Assembly: GCA_008690995.1 (NCBI GenBank)
Contig: VRMN01000010.1
Location: 186,001-250,000 of the forward strand
DNA: 64,000 nt
Source: Porphyridium purpureum
Taxonomy: Eukaryota
Direction: 5' to 3'
Positions 63,951-64,000 of the stretch are shown piece after piece. The position numbers and the translations under genes are program-made. The notes under the pieces were generated by a model. That model made no database searches. It worked only from the letters and a program-made list of their open reading frames with translations, and was not told where the DNA came from. Positions within the stretch are counted from its first letter, which is position 1. Each line of letters starts with the position of its first letter.

Positions 63951-64000
63951 AGTACAGCAGCACTGTACTTAATTCATGCGGTCGAATGTATTTTTTAATT

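Overview
Eukaryotic, gene-dense, apparently intron-free genomic DNA. The compact intergenic spacers, GA/CT-rich 5' leaders, plastid-type transit peptides and PRT6/RHD3/SDIR1-like genes suggest an alga, possibly a unicellular red alga; this is an inference. Left arm (1-18.7 kb): 3' part of FANCI, a small EGF-like membrane protein, a Cys-based phosphatase, a 2737-aa UBR-box/RING N-recognin, an AGC (DFD-type) kinase, and a MAPEG-SDR-alcohol dehydrogenase trio. Middle (about 19.3-38.3 kb): a nested transposon graveyard with a probable tyrosine-recombinase relic, two clear and one faint decayed Ty1/copia elements on the minus strand, a truncated Tc1 end, and a younger copia that lacks protease and integrase but keeps an open RT/RNase H frame and a half-tRNA(iMet)-type primer site. 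Right arm (39-61.4 kb): MFSD5, a plastid-targeted DUF2322-like protein, DCAF4-like WD40, SDIR1-like RING, COG3, RHD3/SEY1, TMEM18, RNase Z, two orphan ORFs (one permuted-papain-like), maspardin and a plastid PDZ-like protein. The window ends with an intact DD34E Tc1/Tc3-like transposon with IR/DR-type ends. I found no rRNA, tRNA or CRISPR arrays. No single unmistakable new system is evident. The best leads are the possibly bicistronic MAPEG-SDR pair, the bacterial-type DUF2322 gene, the orphan peptidase island, the non-autonomous half-tRNA-primed copia and two families of shared promoter motifs. All family calls come from motif recognition by eye, not database searches.
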